From Vibrio cholerae ATCC 14035 (GTDB taxonomy: Bacteria > Pseudomonadota > Gammaproteobacteria > Enterobacterales > Vibrionaceae), in NCBI RefSeq assembly GCF_000621645.1, contig NZ_JHXR01000004.1:1-32000 (forward strand): a DNA stretch of 32,000 nucleotides, read 5' to 3'. The notes beneath the pieces are model-generated. The model searched no databases. It was not told the origin of the DNA and saw only the letters and a program-made list of their open reading frames with translations. Made by a program: the position numbers and the translations under genes. Positions 20,650 to 28,352 of this stretch are shown here, in pieces; position 1 is the first letter of the stretch, and each line of letters begins with the position of its first letter.

Positions 20650-22338
20650 TTAAAACGCAGTGCGCTTATAACGGCGGTAAACTGGTTGCCAGAAATGTTG
20701 TTCAATTGAGGCTTCCAGCGCTTCATCGGTGACTTCTGGAGCCACACCCTGTTCAATCGCTTTTTTCGCTACTGCGAAAGCAATCTTCTTCGAAACAGAG
20801 TGGATAGATTCCAGAGGCGGCAATAATGGTCCATGACCATTGATGGCAAGCGGTGAGCAACTTGCCAGTGCACGGCTCGACTCCATCAGCATTTCGTCGG
20901 TAACGCGGCGTGCGTTTGCTGCCAAAACTCCTAAACCGATACCCGGGAAAATGTAGCTGTTGTTACATTGCACAATTGGGTAAGTTTTGCCTTCATGCAG
21001 CACAGGATCAAACGGGCTACCTGTTGCAACCAAAGCCTCACCGTTAGTCCAACGGATAATATCGCTCGGCAGAGCTTCAACACGGCTTGTTGGGTTCGAT
21101 AGCGGGAAGACAATAGGGCGTGGACAGTGCTGATGCATCTCTTTGATGATCTCTTCACTAAACAGACCGGGCGCACCAGACACACCAACCAGTACAGTCG
21201 GTTTGGCATTGCGGATCACATCATGCAGCGAGTAGCCGTTGTTTTCCGTTGTCCAATGTTGCGTGTTGGCTTTTTTCTGCACTAGGCGCTGTTGGAAGTC
21301 GAGCAAATTTGGCATGCCTTCTTCGAGCAGGCCCCAGCGATCCACCATGTAAACTTGTGAGCGCGCTTGCTCATCGCTGATGCCTTCAGACACCATTTGC
21401 GCAATGATCGCTTCCGCGATACCGCAGCCTGCAGAGCCCGCGCCCAAGAAGGTAATACGTTGTTGTGAAAGCTGGCTACCCGCCGCTTTACAGGCAGCAA
21501 GCAGTGAGCCGACAGTGACCGCCGCTGTGCCCTGAATGTCGTCGTTAAAACAGCACACGCGATTTTTGTAACGCTCAAGCAGTGGCATGGCGTTCTTTTG
21601 GGCAAAGTCTTCAAACTGGATCAATGCATCTGGCCAGCGACGTTGCACGGCTTGCATAAACTCTTCAACAAAGTTGTCGTAGTCAGGTCCAGTGATACGT
21701 GGATGACGCCAGCCCATGTACATAGGGTCAGCAAGACGTTGCGGGTTATTCGTACCCACATCCAGAACCACAGGAAGCGTATACGCTGGGCTAATGCCAC
21801 CACAAGCGGTGTAAAGTGACAGTTTACCGATAGGAATCCCCATACCGCCGATACCTTGGTCGCCAAGGCCGAGAATACGCTCGCCATCGGTCACCACAAT
21901 CACTTTGACGTTGTGGTTGGCGGCATTGTTCAACAAGTCATCAATACGATCACGGTTAGCGTAAGAGATAAACAAGCCACGGCCACGGCGATAAATGTTG
22001 GAGAAGTTCTCACACGCCGCACCCACTGTCGGGGTATAGATGATTGGCATCATCTCGGAAATATGGTTCTGCACCAAGCGGTAGAATAGGGTCTCGTTGG
22101 TGTCTTGAATGTTGCGCAGATAAATATGCTTATCCATGTCGCTTTCAAAACCACGGTACTGTTGGTATGCGCGTACCACTTGTTCTTGAATGGTTTCCGT
22201 CGCTTCGGGCAGTAAACCTTCTAGGTTAAAAGAAGCACGTTCTTCCGCACTAAAGGCACTACCTTTGTTGAGCAGAGGAGTACTGAGAAGAGCTGGGCCT
22301 GCGTAGGAAATATACAGCGGACGTTTATCGTTATTCAT
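20650..22338 (-). CDS. maeA: NAD-dependent malic enzyme
   Basis: Colinear with E. coli MaeA from [18 protein letters not shown].. (ATG 22338). It carries ..[18 protein letters not shown].. and ..[11 protein letters not shown]... The track's 26-aa N-terminal extension begins at a TTG and is rejected. Confidence 0.94.
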
Positions 22339-22779
22339 GTTCGGCCTATTGATTGGTAGGGTAGAAGTGAAACGCGAAAATGATACCGACTTGCTGGTTG
22401 GATTGTAAATAGACAAACGGCTTGCCTCTGTTGATTATCCTGCTTCTGTGCGCAAGCACAGTGTTTAAAACAGGTTTATCGGTTTAGGGTGGGGGATTTA
22501 TGTGCAACGAGTTAAGCAAGGGAGGAACAGCGTCTAGCGCTTCATCGAATAAGAAGGAATCATTGTTCGGCAGCACGATTTTGTTTGAATAGGAAAATAT
22601 TAATCAACAAGGCACATATCATTTTAAAAATGTAGGTACAGTGTTACTAAATTGGTTTTTATATAGCCTTTGAAACCGATTGCGCATCATAACAGACCGT
22701 TTTTTTATATCGTATTGCTATATAGCAAGGCTTGGTCAATAGTTGCAGCACTGTGTTGCCAATGGCGTCGGGGGACAAA

Positions 22780-23154
22780 ATGGAAAAAGCAAGGATTAGC
22801 GCAGTGTTCGATTACACCACCTTTTTGGGGGCATCCTGTGCGAAAAAGTGGACTTTCTCGGAAGCCATCAGCTCTTTTGCTCCAGTGTTTGGAATTGTCT
22901 GGTTTGATGCGATCAAAACGGGACAGAGTCCACAAGAACGCCTGTGGGATGTCGCCCTCAAAGAGCTTTCCACCCGTTCGAGTGATGAATCGAATGTGAT
23001 CACTTTAGTGAAATTAGCCAAACAAGAAGGCATTGATGAATTAACCTTAGTCATGCCTTACGCCTTGGATGAGCAGCAGTTAACTACGATTCAAAGCAAA
23101 AGTGCAGCGCATATTGAATCTACTAATCAAGAAGAGTTTTTGATCAAGCTTTAA
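22780..23154 (+). CDS. Hypothetical protein (124 aa), no recognisable family
   Basis: An ORF with a GGGGA RBS before ATG 22780 (MEKARISAVFDY..). It is the only long frame in a 940-bp gap. I recognise no motif, so coding status is unproven. Confidence 0.45.
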   Translation: MEKARISAVFDYTTFLGASCAKKWTFSEAISSFAPVFGIVWFDAIKTGQSPQERLWDVALKELSTRSSDESNVITLVKLAKQEGIDELTLVMPYALDEQQLTTIQSKSAAHIESTNQEEFLIKL

Positions 23155-23355
23155 AGAACTTCTCTGTTGCGGTGAGTAGAAGAACACTCAATAGAAGTGT
23201 AATTAAGGGGCTATACCCTTGCTACTTGCCGTGTACCTGCAATGCCAAGTGGTTCAAGCAAATAAGCCCCTTAGTTTTTCATCCGTTGCTGGCTCGTGCT
23301 TGCCGCTGGCTTATGATTCAAAGCAGCGAGGCATAACAAAAGCCGCAGATGGAGT

Positions 23356-24462
23356 TTATCTTTCAATCAGCCCATATTCTTTATCTAGGATTGCGATGAT
23401 TTCCTGTTTTGGCTGATGACTCAGATGGATAGGTTGCCCCGTGATCTTTTCAGCAATACCCAAATAGGTCCGCGAGATATCCATTAATGCTTCCAGCGGT
23501 AAAGCATTGTCACGCGCGAGCGCTTCACGTTCAGGCATGCGATCTTTGTTGAGTAAAATGTCTGGGTCTGGGAAGTAGTTCAGCAAAAATTGGCGGAATC
23601 CCTCTTTGGAATTTTCGACAATCTTGCCTTGCTGATATTGCTGCGCATCCCAAATGCGTGATGAGTCAGGGGTGCCTACTTCATCCATATAGATCAGTTT
23701 TTGCTGTCCTTGCTGATCTGCTACGTAGCCAAATTCAAATTTGGTATCGACAAAGAGTTGTCCCACGCTTTTTAACGCTTCGCTGATCACAGCAAAACCT
23801 TGCTTGAGCAGAGTTTCGTAATGGTCAATATCTTGTGGTTGATTGAAGTTGAATGCTGCGTAATTGGCTTCAATATCTTGGCGCGAGATATTCACGTCAT
23901 CGGCTTCTGGCACGCCGGGGATGCCGCGCAGAATACCTTTGGTTGACGGGGTCATCAGTAGCTCTGGCAGTTGACTGTCCTTCTCTAAACCTTCTGGTAG
24001 GGTAATACCACAAAACTCGCGCTCACCTTTGGCGTAAGCACGCCACATTGAGCCAGTAATGTATTGACGGCAGATGGCTTCAATTTTGATAGGACGGGCT
24101 TTTTGTACAATCCACACAAAAGGGTGAGGAATGTCGAGAATATGACTTTCCGCCAAACCATGTTGCTTGAACAGTTTGAACCAATGATTCGAGATAGCAT
24201 TGAGCGCCGCACCTTTACCCGGTACACCATGGACACCGCCTTCCGCGTGCCAAATGCAATCGAAGGCTGAAATACGATCACTGATGACCATAATGGCCAG
24301 CGGGGCATCTTCTGCAACCGGATAACCTTTTTCTTTAATTAGGCGTCGGCTGTCTTGCTCAGTCAGCCAGTAAACCGAGCGAACTTTACCGCTATGTACT
24401 GGCTGATGGGTACGAATGGGGAGGTCGTCATTGACGGCAAGGACTTGATCTGCAAGGCTCAT
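23356..24462 (-). CDS. purC: Phosphoribosylaminoimidazole-succinocarboxamide synthase (long, Vibrio-type SAICAR synthetase)
   Basis: Starts at ATG 24462 ([11 protein letters not shown]..; AGGAA RBS), giving 368 aa. SAICAR-synthase motifs are ..GKVRSVY.. and ..[14 protein letters not shown]... The track's 37-aa extension is rejected. Confidence 0.9.
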   Translation of the reverse strand: MSLADQVLAVNDDLPIRTHQPVHSGKVRSVYWLTEQDSRRLIKEKGYPVAEDAPLAIMVISDRISAFDCIWHAEGGVHGVPGKGAALNAISNHWFKLFKQHGLAESHILDIPHPFVWIVQKARPIKIEAICRQYITGSMWRAYAKGEREFCGITLPEGLEKDSQLPELLMTPSTKGILRGIPGVPEADDVNISRQDIEANYAAFNFNQPQDIDHYETLLKQGFAVISEALKSVGQLFVDTKFEFGYVADQQGQQKLIYMDEVGTPDSSRIWDAQQYQQGKIVENSKEGFRQFLLNYFPDPDILLNKDRMPEREALARDNALPLEALMDISRTYLGIAEKITGQPIHLSHQPKQEIIAILDKEYGLIER

Positions 24463-24567
24463 TGAGACATTCCTATCTGAATTCAAACATCGTTTTAGCG
24501 ATTTCGCTGAGTGAAAAACCGCGGGCTGAGCGCATGATACCAGAACTAATTTATGCTGCCAGACAAA

Positions 24568-24583
24568 AAGCAAACGTTTGCTT
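24568..24583. promoter_or_regulatory. PurR operator (perfect 16-bp palindrome)
   Basis: AAGCAAACGTTTGCTT matches the PurR consensus aCGCAAACGTTTgCgT. It lies about 105 bp upstream of the purC ATG. Confidence 0.75.
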
Positions 24584-24627
24584 AAATTTATCCCTGCCAG
24601 ATTGTTTAAGTAAAGGTTGTTTATGGA

Positions 24628-25026
24628 TCAGTGCAGTGAATGCGTGGTTTGCTTAATAAAAAACAGCTCACAGCCATGCTGCTTGGCAAAGTGCATCAAC
24701 TGCTTTTGAGTCACGCTATCTATCGCATTGGATGCCACAATCGCACTGGCGGTTCGGCAGGCAATCGCCTTTGCGACAATCTCTGCTTCAGAGTGGCATG
24801 TTGATGCTTTGAGATGGATAACCTTGCCACAATCGATCTGATGCTCATGGAGTGATTGACGGTTTGGACGTTGACATTGAGCGGTATAGAGAATCCATTG
24901 TGAGCGCTCTGACAAACTGACCAGTCGCAGCATCAGGTTTGTCTCGCCCAGATCATTCTTTGCACATAATGCGCTGAGTGTGGGCGAGTTATGTAAGCCA
25001 AAATGTTTGAATTCAGTGTGTAGCAT
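24628..25026 (-). CDS. sulA: SOS cell-division inhibitor SulA
   Basis: 132 aa. By eye it aligns to the E. coli SulA core (..SERSQWILYTAQCQRP.. against ..QQSRWQLWLTPQQKLS.., and ..AIVASNAIDSVTQKQLMHFAKQHGCELFFIKQ against ..[34 protein letters not shown]). It has a GGAGAG RBS and a canonical LexA box 20 nt upstream. Confidence 0.8.
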   Translation of the reverse strand: MLHTEFKHFGLHNSPTLSALCAKNDLGETNLMLRLVSLSERSQWILYTAQCQRPNRQSLHEHQIDCGKVIHLKASTCHSEAEIVAKAIACRTASAIVASNAIDSVTQKQLMHFAKQHGCELFFIKQTTHSLH

Positions 25027-25045
25027 AATACTGTCTCTCCATACA

Positions 25046-25088
25046 TGCTGTATGTAAATACAGTATTATTGGTTGGTTGTTTTTGCAA
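25046..25088 (-). promoter_or_regulatory. sulA promoter with LexA (SOS) box
   Basis: The minus-strand LexA box is TACTGTATTTACATACAGCA (25065-25046), i.e. CTGT-N8-ACAG. The -35 is TTGCAA (25088-25083), followed by a 17-nt spacer. The -10 TACTGT (25065-25060) lies inside the box. Confidence 0.85.
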
Positions 25089-25273
25089 CTGGTTTTTGGA
25101 TAAAAAAAGCACAGAAATTCACGTTGCTACACGATGATTTTTTTATCTATTTGATTTGTATTAATTTTATTTCTTGTTGATAAAGGTGGAAAAAAAGTAG
25201 GGACATGCGGTTTTTGTGAGCAATGCCACGGAAGCCGTGCGGCGGCTTATACAGGTATGTGCGGAGAAAACAG

Positions 25274-25297
25274 AAAAAGCGCCAGAAGGCGCTTTTT
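25274..25297. terminator. Bidirectional rho-independent terminator
   Basis: AAAAAGCGCC-agaa-GGCGCTTTTT, with A/T runs on both sides. It lies 21 nt after the stop of the zinc-ribbon gene. Confidence 0.8.
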
Positions 25298-25317
25298 CAA
25301 GTTGAAGGGGATGCAGT

Positions 25318-25500
25318 TTATCGAGCTGCTTGTTGTTTTTCTCGGAATGCCATCTCGGCTAAATTAAATTGCCTTACATCCATTCGGGCAAACTCATTGC
25401 AGTTTTCACAAGAATGATGTGCTTTACCATCCACATATTCATGTCTTGTCAGTAGTTTTGGCTGTTTACACCAATCACAGATGCCTTCTACGCTAAACAT
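25318..25500 (-). CDS. Small zinc-ribbon protein (60 aa; CxxC...CxxC)
   Basis: MFSVEGICDWCKQPKLLTRHEYVDGKAHHSCENCNEF... A GGAGAG RBS precedes ATG 25500. There is a putative extended -10 (TGcCATAAT) upstream and its own terminator downstream. Confidence 0.6.
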   Translation of the reverse strand: MFSVEGICDWCKQPKLLTRHEYVDGKAHHSCENCNEFARMDVRQFNLAEMAFREKQQAAR

Positions 25501-25650
25501 TGTCTTCTCTCCCACCTAAATCAGGCGTAAATTTCGCGCGGATTATGGCACGTCTAAATAAAAAAAGTTAACTATTTGTAATTATGGATGAGAAGGAGAT
25601 CGATTGCGCATAGGCTGATTTTTCAAGCCTTGAGTCGGAATTTTCAGATG

Positions 25651-26667
25651 TTATGCTTGTTTCTGTAACGATTTATTAACTGAATCGATCACGATTTTTA
25701 CCGCGCTATTTAAGCGCTTCATCTCTTCTTCGCTGCCATGCAGGTCAGGGTGATAAATTTTCGATAACTGTTTGTAGCGCAGCTTGATCATTTTGACGTC
25801 AGGCCGTTGGTTTTGGTGAAAACCCATTAAGGCGTAGGCCATCGCAACTTTTTGGCCGTTAAGGTCGCTGGTTTGGTTCTGTTGTAGCCGTTTACACTCT
25901 TGATAGAGATGGTCTAACTGCTGTTTTTGCCTTTTGATAATGAACTGTTGCTCTTTCCATTTCCCTTCGTAGTCAACGTATTTTACCGCGACGATATGGT
26001 TGCGTTGTCTGCGCCATATCATGCGGATCGTGATGATGATGAGTAATAAGATGAGCGCCACCAAAGTCGGCAATAGCCAATCACTGGTGATGGTTTGCGC
26101 TTCTTTATTAACGGGTAGTGCGCTGGCGGGGCGGGCAAGATCCCGATCAATCAGGTTATCCAATTGACCTATGCTGTTGAGCTGCCTTTCGCGTTGCTGA
26201 TTGAATTTTTGTTCCAGTAAACGCGCGTATCCTTGCTCAGATTCTGGGTCCTGATTGGCGTTGACTCGATACCAAATCTCAGCCAGATCGAGCGCCGCAA
26301 TCGCGGTGGGATGCTGTTCATACCACTTGGCTAAGGTCGTACCCGCTTGAGGATTTCCAGCCAGAGCTAGTTTGATAAGCCAATATTGGGCTTGCAGTGG
26401 ATCTTTTTCCACTCCTTGGCCTGTCAGATATGCGTTGGCGACTTGTGCCATGGCGGGTGGATGGTTCAATTCAGCGGATTGTAAAAACCAGTAAAACGCT
26501 TCATTCAGGTTTTGTGGGGTGCTACTTCCGGTTTGATAAGTCAAAGCGAGTTGATATTGAGCTTGCGGATTTTGCTCTTGGGCAAGTTGGGTGAGTCTTG
26601 TGACATCATCAGCGGCCGCCAGTGGCAATGAAAACAGCAAAAACAGCCATAAACTCCGCAAACGCAT
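25651..26667 (-). CDS. Bitopic membrane protein: signal peptide, periplasmic Sel1/TPR-like repeats, TM helix, cytoplasmic coiled coil, C-terminal J-domain
   Basis: Signal-peptide-like MRLRSLWLFLLFSLPLAAADD from ATG 26667. Sel1-like repeats include ..AQYQLALTYQTG.., ..AMAQVANAYLTGQGVEKD..AQYWL... The TM helix LLPTLVALILLLIIITI is at about 26017-26079. The J-domain HPD motif is at 25744-25752 (..LSKIYHPDLHG..). An alternative start is 26703. Confidence 0.8.
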   Translation of the reverse strand: MRLRSLWLFLLFSLPLAAADDVTRLTQLAQEQNPQAQYQLALTYQTGSSTPQNLNEAFYWFLQSAELNHPPAMAQVANAYLTGQGVEKDPLQAQYWLIKLALAGNPQAGTTLAKWYEQHPTAIAALDLAEIWYRVNANQDPESEQGYARLLEQKFNQQRERQLNSIGQLDNLIDRDLARPASALPVNKEAQTITSDWLLPTLVALILLLIIITIRMIWRRQRNHIVAVKYVDYEGKWKEQQFIIKRQKQQLDHLYQECKRLQQNQTSDLNGQKVAMAYALMGFHQNQRPDVKMIKLRYKQLSKIYHPDLHGSEEEMKRLNSAVKIVIDSVNKSLQKQA

Positions 26668-26715
26668 GATCTTTCTTTCCCTGAAAATGAAACGTTCGGT
26701 CAATTCGCTGTTGAG

Positions 26716-26748
26716 TTGAAGTTGCAGCCGTTATGGCTGCAACTTCAA
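26716..26748. other. Perfect 14-bp inverted repeat (stem-loop) between the OmpA-like and Sel1-J genes
   Basis: TTGAAGTTGCAGCC-gttat-GGCTGCAACTTCAA. No U-tract follows on either strand. Confidence 0.9.
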
Positions 26749-26767
26749 GCTAATGAGCGTTTAAACA

Positions 26768-27439
26768 CTATTTGAGTGGCAGAATTTGAATCTCGACGCG
26801 GCGGTTACAAGCGCGTCCTTCTGCGGTGTTATTTGAGCATAGAGGGAAACGCTCACCATTACCACGAGCAATTGCACGCCCCGCTGCAACCCCTTGAGAT
26901 AACAGGAATGAACGCACTGACTCGGCACGCTTCTCAGAAAGCACTTGGTTGGTGGTATCACTACCTGTGCTATCGGTATGGCCTTCAATCACTAAGCTGG
27001 TATCTGGGTATTCGACCAGAATACGCGCGACACCGCGTAAAGTTTTATGGATATAGCTATCCAGTTGGTAAGAGTTGCTGGTAAAGCCAATACCGTTTTC
27101 CATGCGTAGCATCAGTTGATTTTCACCTACGCGTACCACTTGAACACCAGAATCCAGTAATGCTTTGCGTAACTCTGCTTCTTGCTGATCAAAGTAGTAT
27201 CCGATACCGCCGCCGACTGCAGCGCCCCCAGCTGCACCAATTAAGGCATGCTTACGGCGCTCTTTGGCATCGTCACCTGTCGCTAAACCAACGGCTGCAC
27301 CGGCTAGGACGCCTAATAATGCACCTTTAGTGGTGGCGTTGGTTTCTGTTTCTCCGGTTGTCGCATTTTGGCGTTGGGTAGCCTGACAGCCAGACAAAGC
27401 GACGACTGCGGCTAACAGCAAAGTGGTTTTGTTCAACAC
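26768..27439 (-). CDS. OmpA-family lipoprotein (YiaD-like: lipobox, glycine-zipper region, OmpA_C peptidoglycan-binding domain)
   Basis: Lipobox ..VALSGC.. and Gly-zipper segments (GVLAGAAVGLATG, GAAGGAAVGGGIG). OmpA_C motifs are ..IEGHTDSTGS...N..LSEKRA.SV.. and ..NRRVEI... Confidence 0.88.
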   Translation of the reverse strand: MLNKTTLLLAAVVALSGCQATQRQNATTGETETNATTKGALLGVLAGAAVGLATGDDAKERRKHALIGAAGGAAVGGGIGYYFDQQEAELRKALLDSGVQVVRVGENQLMLRMENGIGFTSNSYQLDSYIHKTLRGVARILVEYPDTSLVIEGHTDSTGSDTTNQVLSEKRAESVRSFLLSQGVAAGRAIARGNGERFPLCSNNTAEGRACNRRVEIQILPLK

Positions 27440-27538
27440 ATTCTCTCCGTTTATTGAATGATATTTCGCGCAATAGACGAGAATTCTCGTTCCCCGTCAA
27501 TCAGTGGGGGGCGCATTTTACCAATCTCTTACAAATGC

Positions 27539-28228
27539 TTATTTGAGTAATTTTGGGGCTTGCGCGCCGTGAATCGGGCGATTGACTGAGACGCGGCGAC
27601 CTTTTTTGAGTCCCGTCTCATAATCTTCCGTCAGATTTTTCATCGCTTCACGCAATTGCTGTTTGAAGGTTTCACGGTCGATATTCTCAAATTCCTTATC
27701 AATATAGCTATTGATTTTGTTCATGGAGTCTTCGTCCGGAGTGATGATGGGTAATTTTTCTAAAGCGCCTTCAATCCAGCCAGAAACAAACGAGTTAACT
27801 CGGCGTGTTACCTCCAGTGAAGAGGTTCCGGTTCCAGCAAAACTGTTACGGAATTGGCCTGTTTGCTCGTTCATTTCGCGATAGATAATGTCAAAAGCAA
27901 AAGCCGCGAAGATGGCACGATCTGCTTCTCCAATGAATTCAACGCGTTTTAAGCCTTTATGGTTGAGCAATACGGCTTCCACACCGAATCGGGTATTGAT
28001 GCCTCGGATCACTCGCAAAATCCCAGAAGAAATGGCAGCCGGAAGCAAATGGGTCGACTGTGTCTTGCCCATTTTGATGAACTCGATATCGTCTTTGTCG
28101 AGACCATACTTGAGCATGAGGTTATGCGCCATTTTGATCGCGTTTGCGGCTTCATTAATATTGGCGGAATTACCTAGCTCAAGGCATTTGGCGATTTTTT
28201 TAAGGGCTTTTTGTTTATCCATTAGCAA
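27539..28228 (-). CDS. DUF2786-like protein (uncharacterised)
   Basis: The N-terminus KALKKIAKCLELGNSANINEAANAIKMAHNLMLKYGL matches my memory of the DUF2786 signature (K.LAL..S.N.NEA..A..KA..L). The rest is unrecognised. Confidence 0.65.
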   Translation of the reverse strand: MLMDKQKALKKIAKCLELGNSANINEAANAIKMAHNLMLKYGLDKDDIEFIKMGKTQSTHLLPAAISSGILRVIRGINTRFGVEAVLLNHKGLKRVEFIGEADRAIFAAFAFDIIYREMNEQTGQFRNSFAGTGTSSLEVTRRVNSFVSGWIEGALEKLPIITPDEDSMNKINSYIDKEFENIDRETFKQQLREAMKNLTEDYETGLKKGRRVSVNRPIHGAQAPKLLK

Positions 28229-28352
28229 GCAAAATAGATTCGGTACGGCTTAAGAAAAGTCCGACATTCTAGCGTTTTTGGCGGCTAAGGAAAAGGGAAG
28301 AGGCCATCTCTTACAAGATAGCCTGATACGCTAAACGATTTTTGAGAAGGGG

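Noticed and set aside
22339-22416. 26-aa N-terminal extension of maeA. Similar extensions apply to purC (24463-24573), trpD (5619-5681), cydD (14417-14467) and the small membrane protein (20608-20646)
   Set aside because: The extensions start at non-ATG codons or codons without an RBS. They overlap upstream genes or hairpins and are absent from the E. coli homologues' N-termini. Downstream ATGs with an RBS fit better.
22670-23054. Alternative ORFs 22670-22999 +, 22705-22935 - and 22812-23054 - overlapping the orphan ORF
   Set aside because: They are mutually exclusive with 22780-23154, which alone has an RBS and the longest frame. Even that call is low-confidence.
25223-25417. 64-aa plus-strand ORF
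   Set aside because: It reads straight through the bidirectional terminator hairpin and is antisense to the zinc-ribbon gene. It has no RBS.
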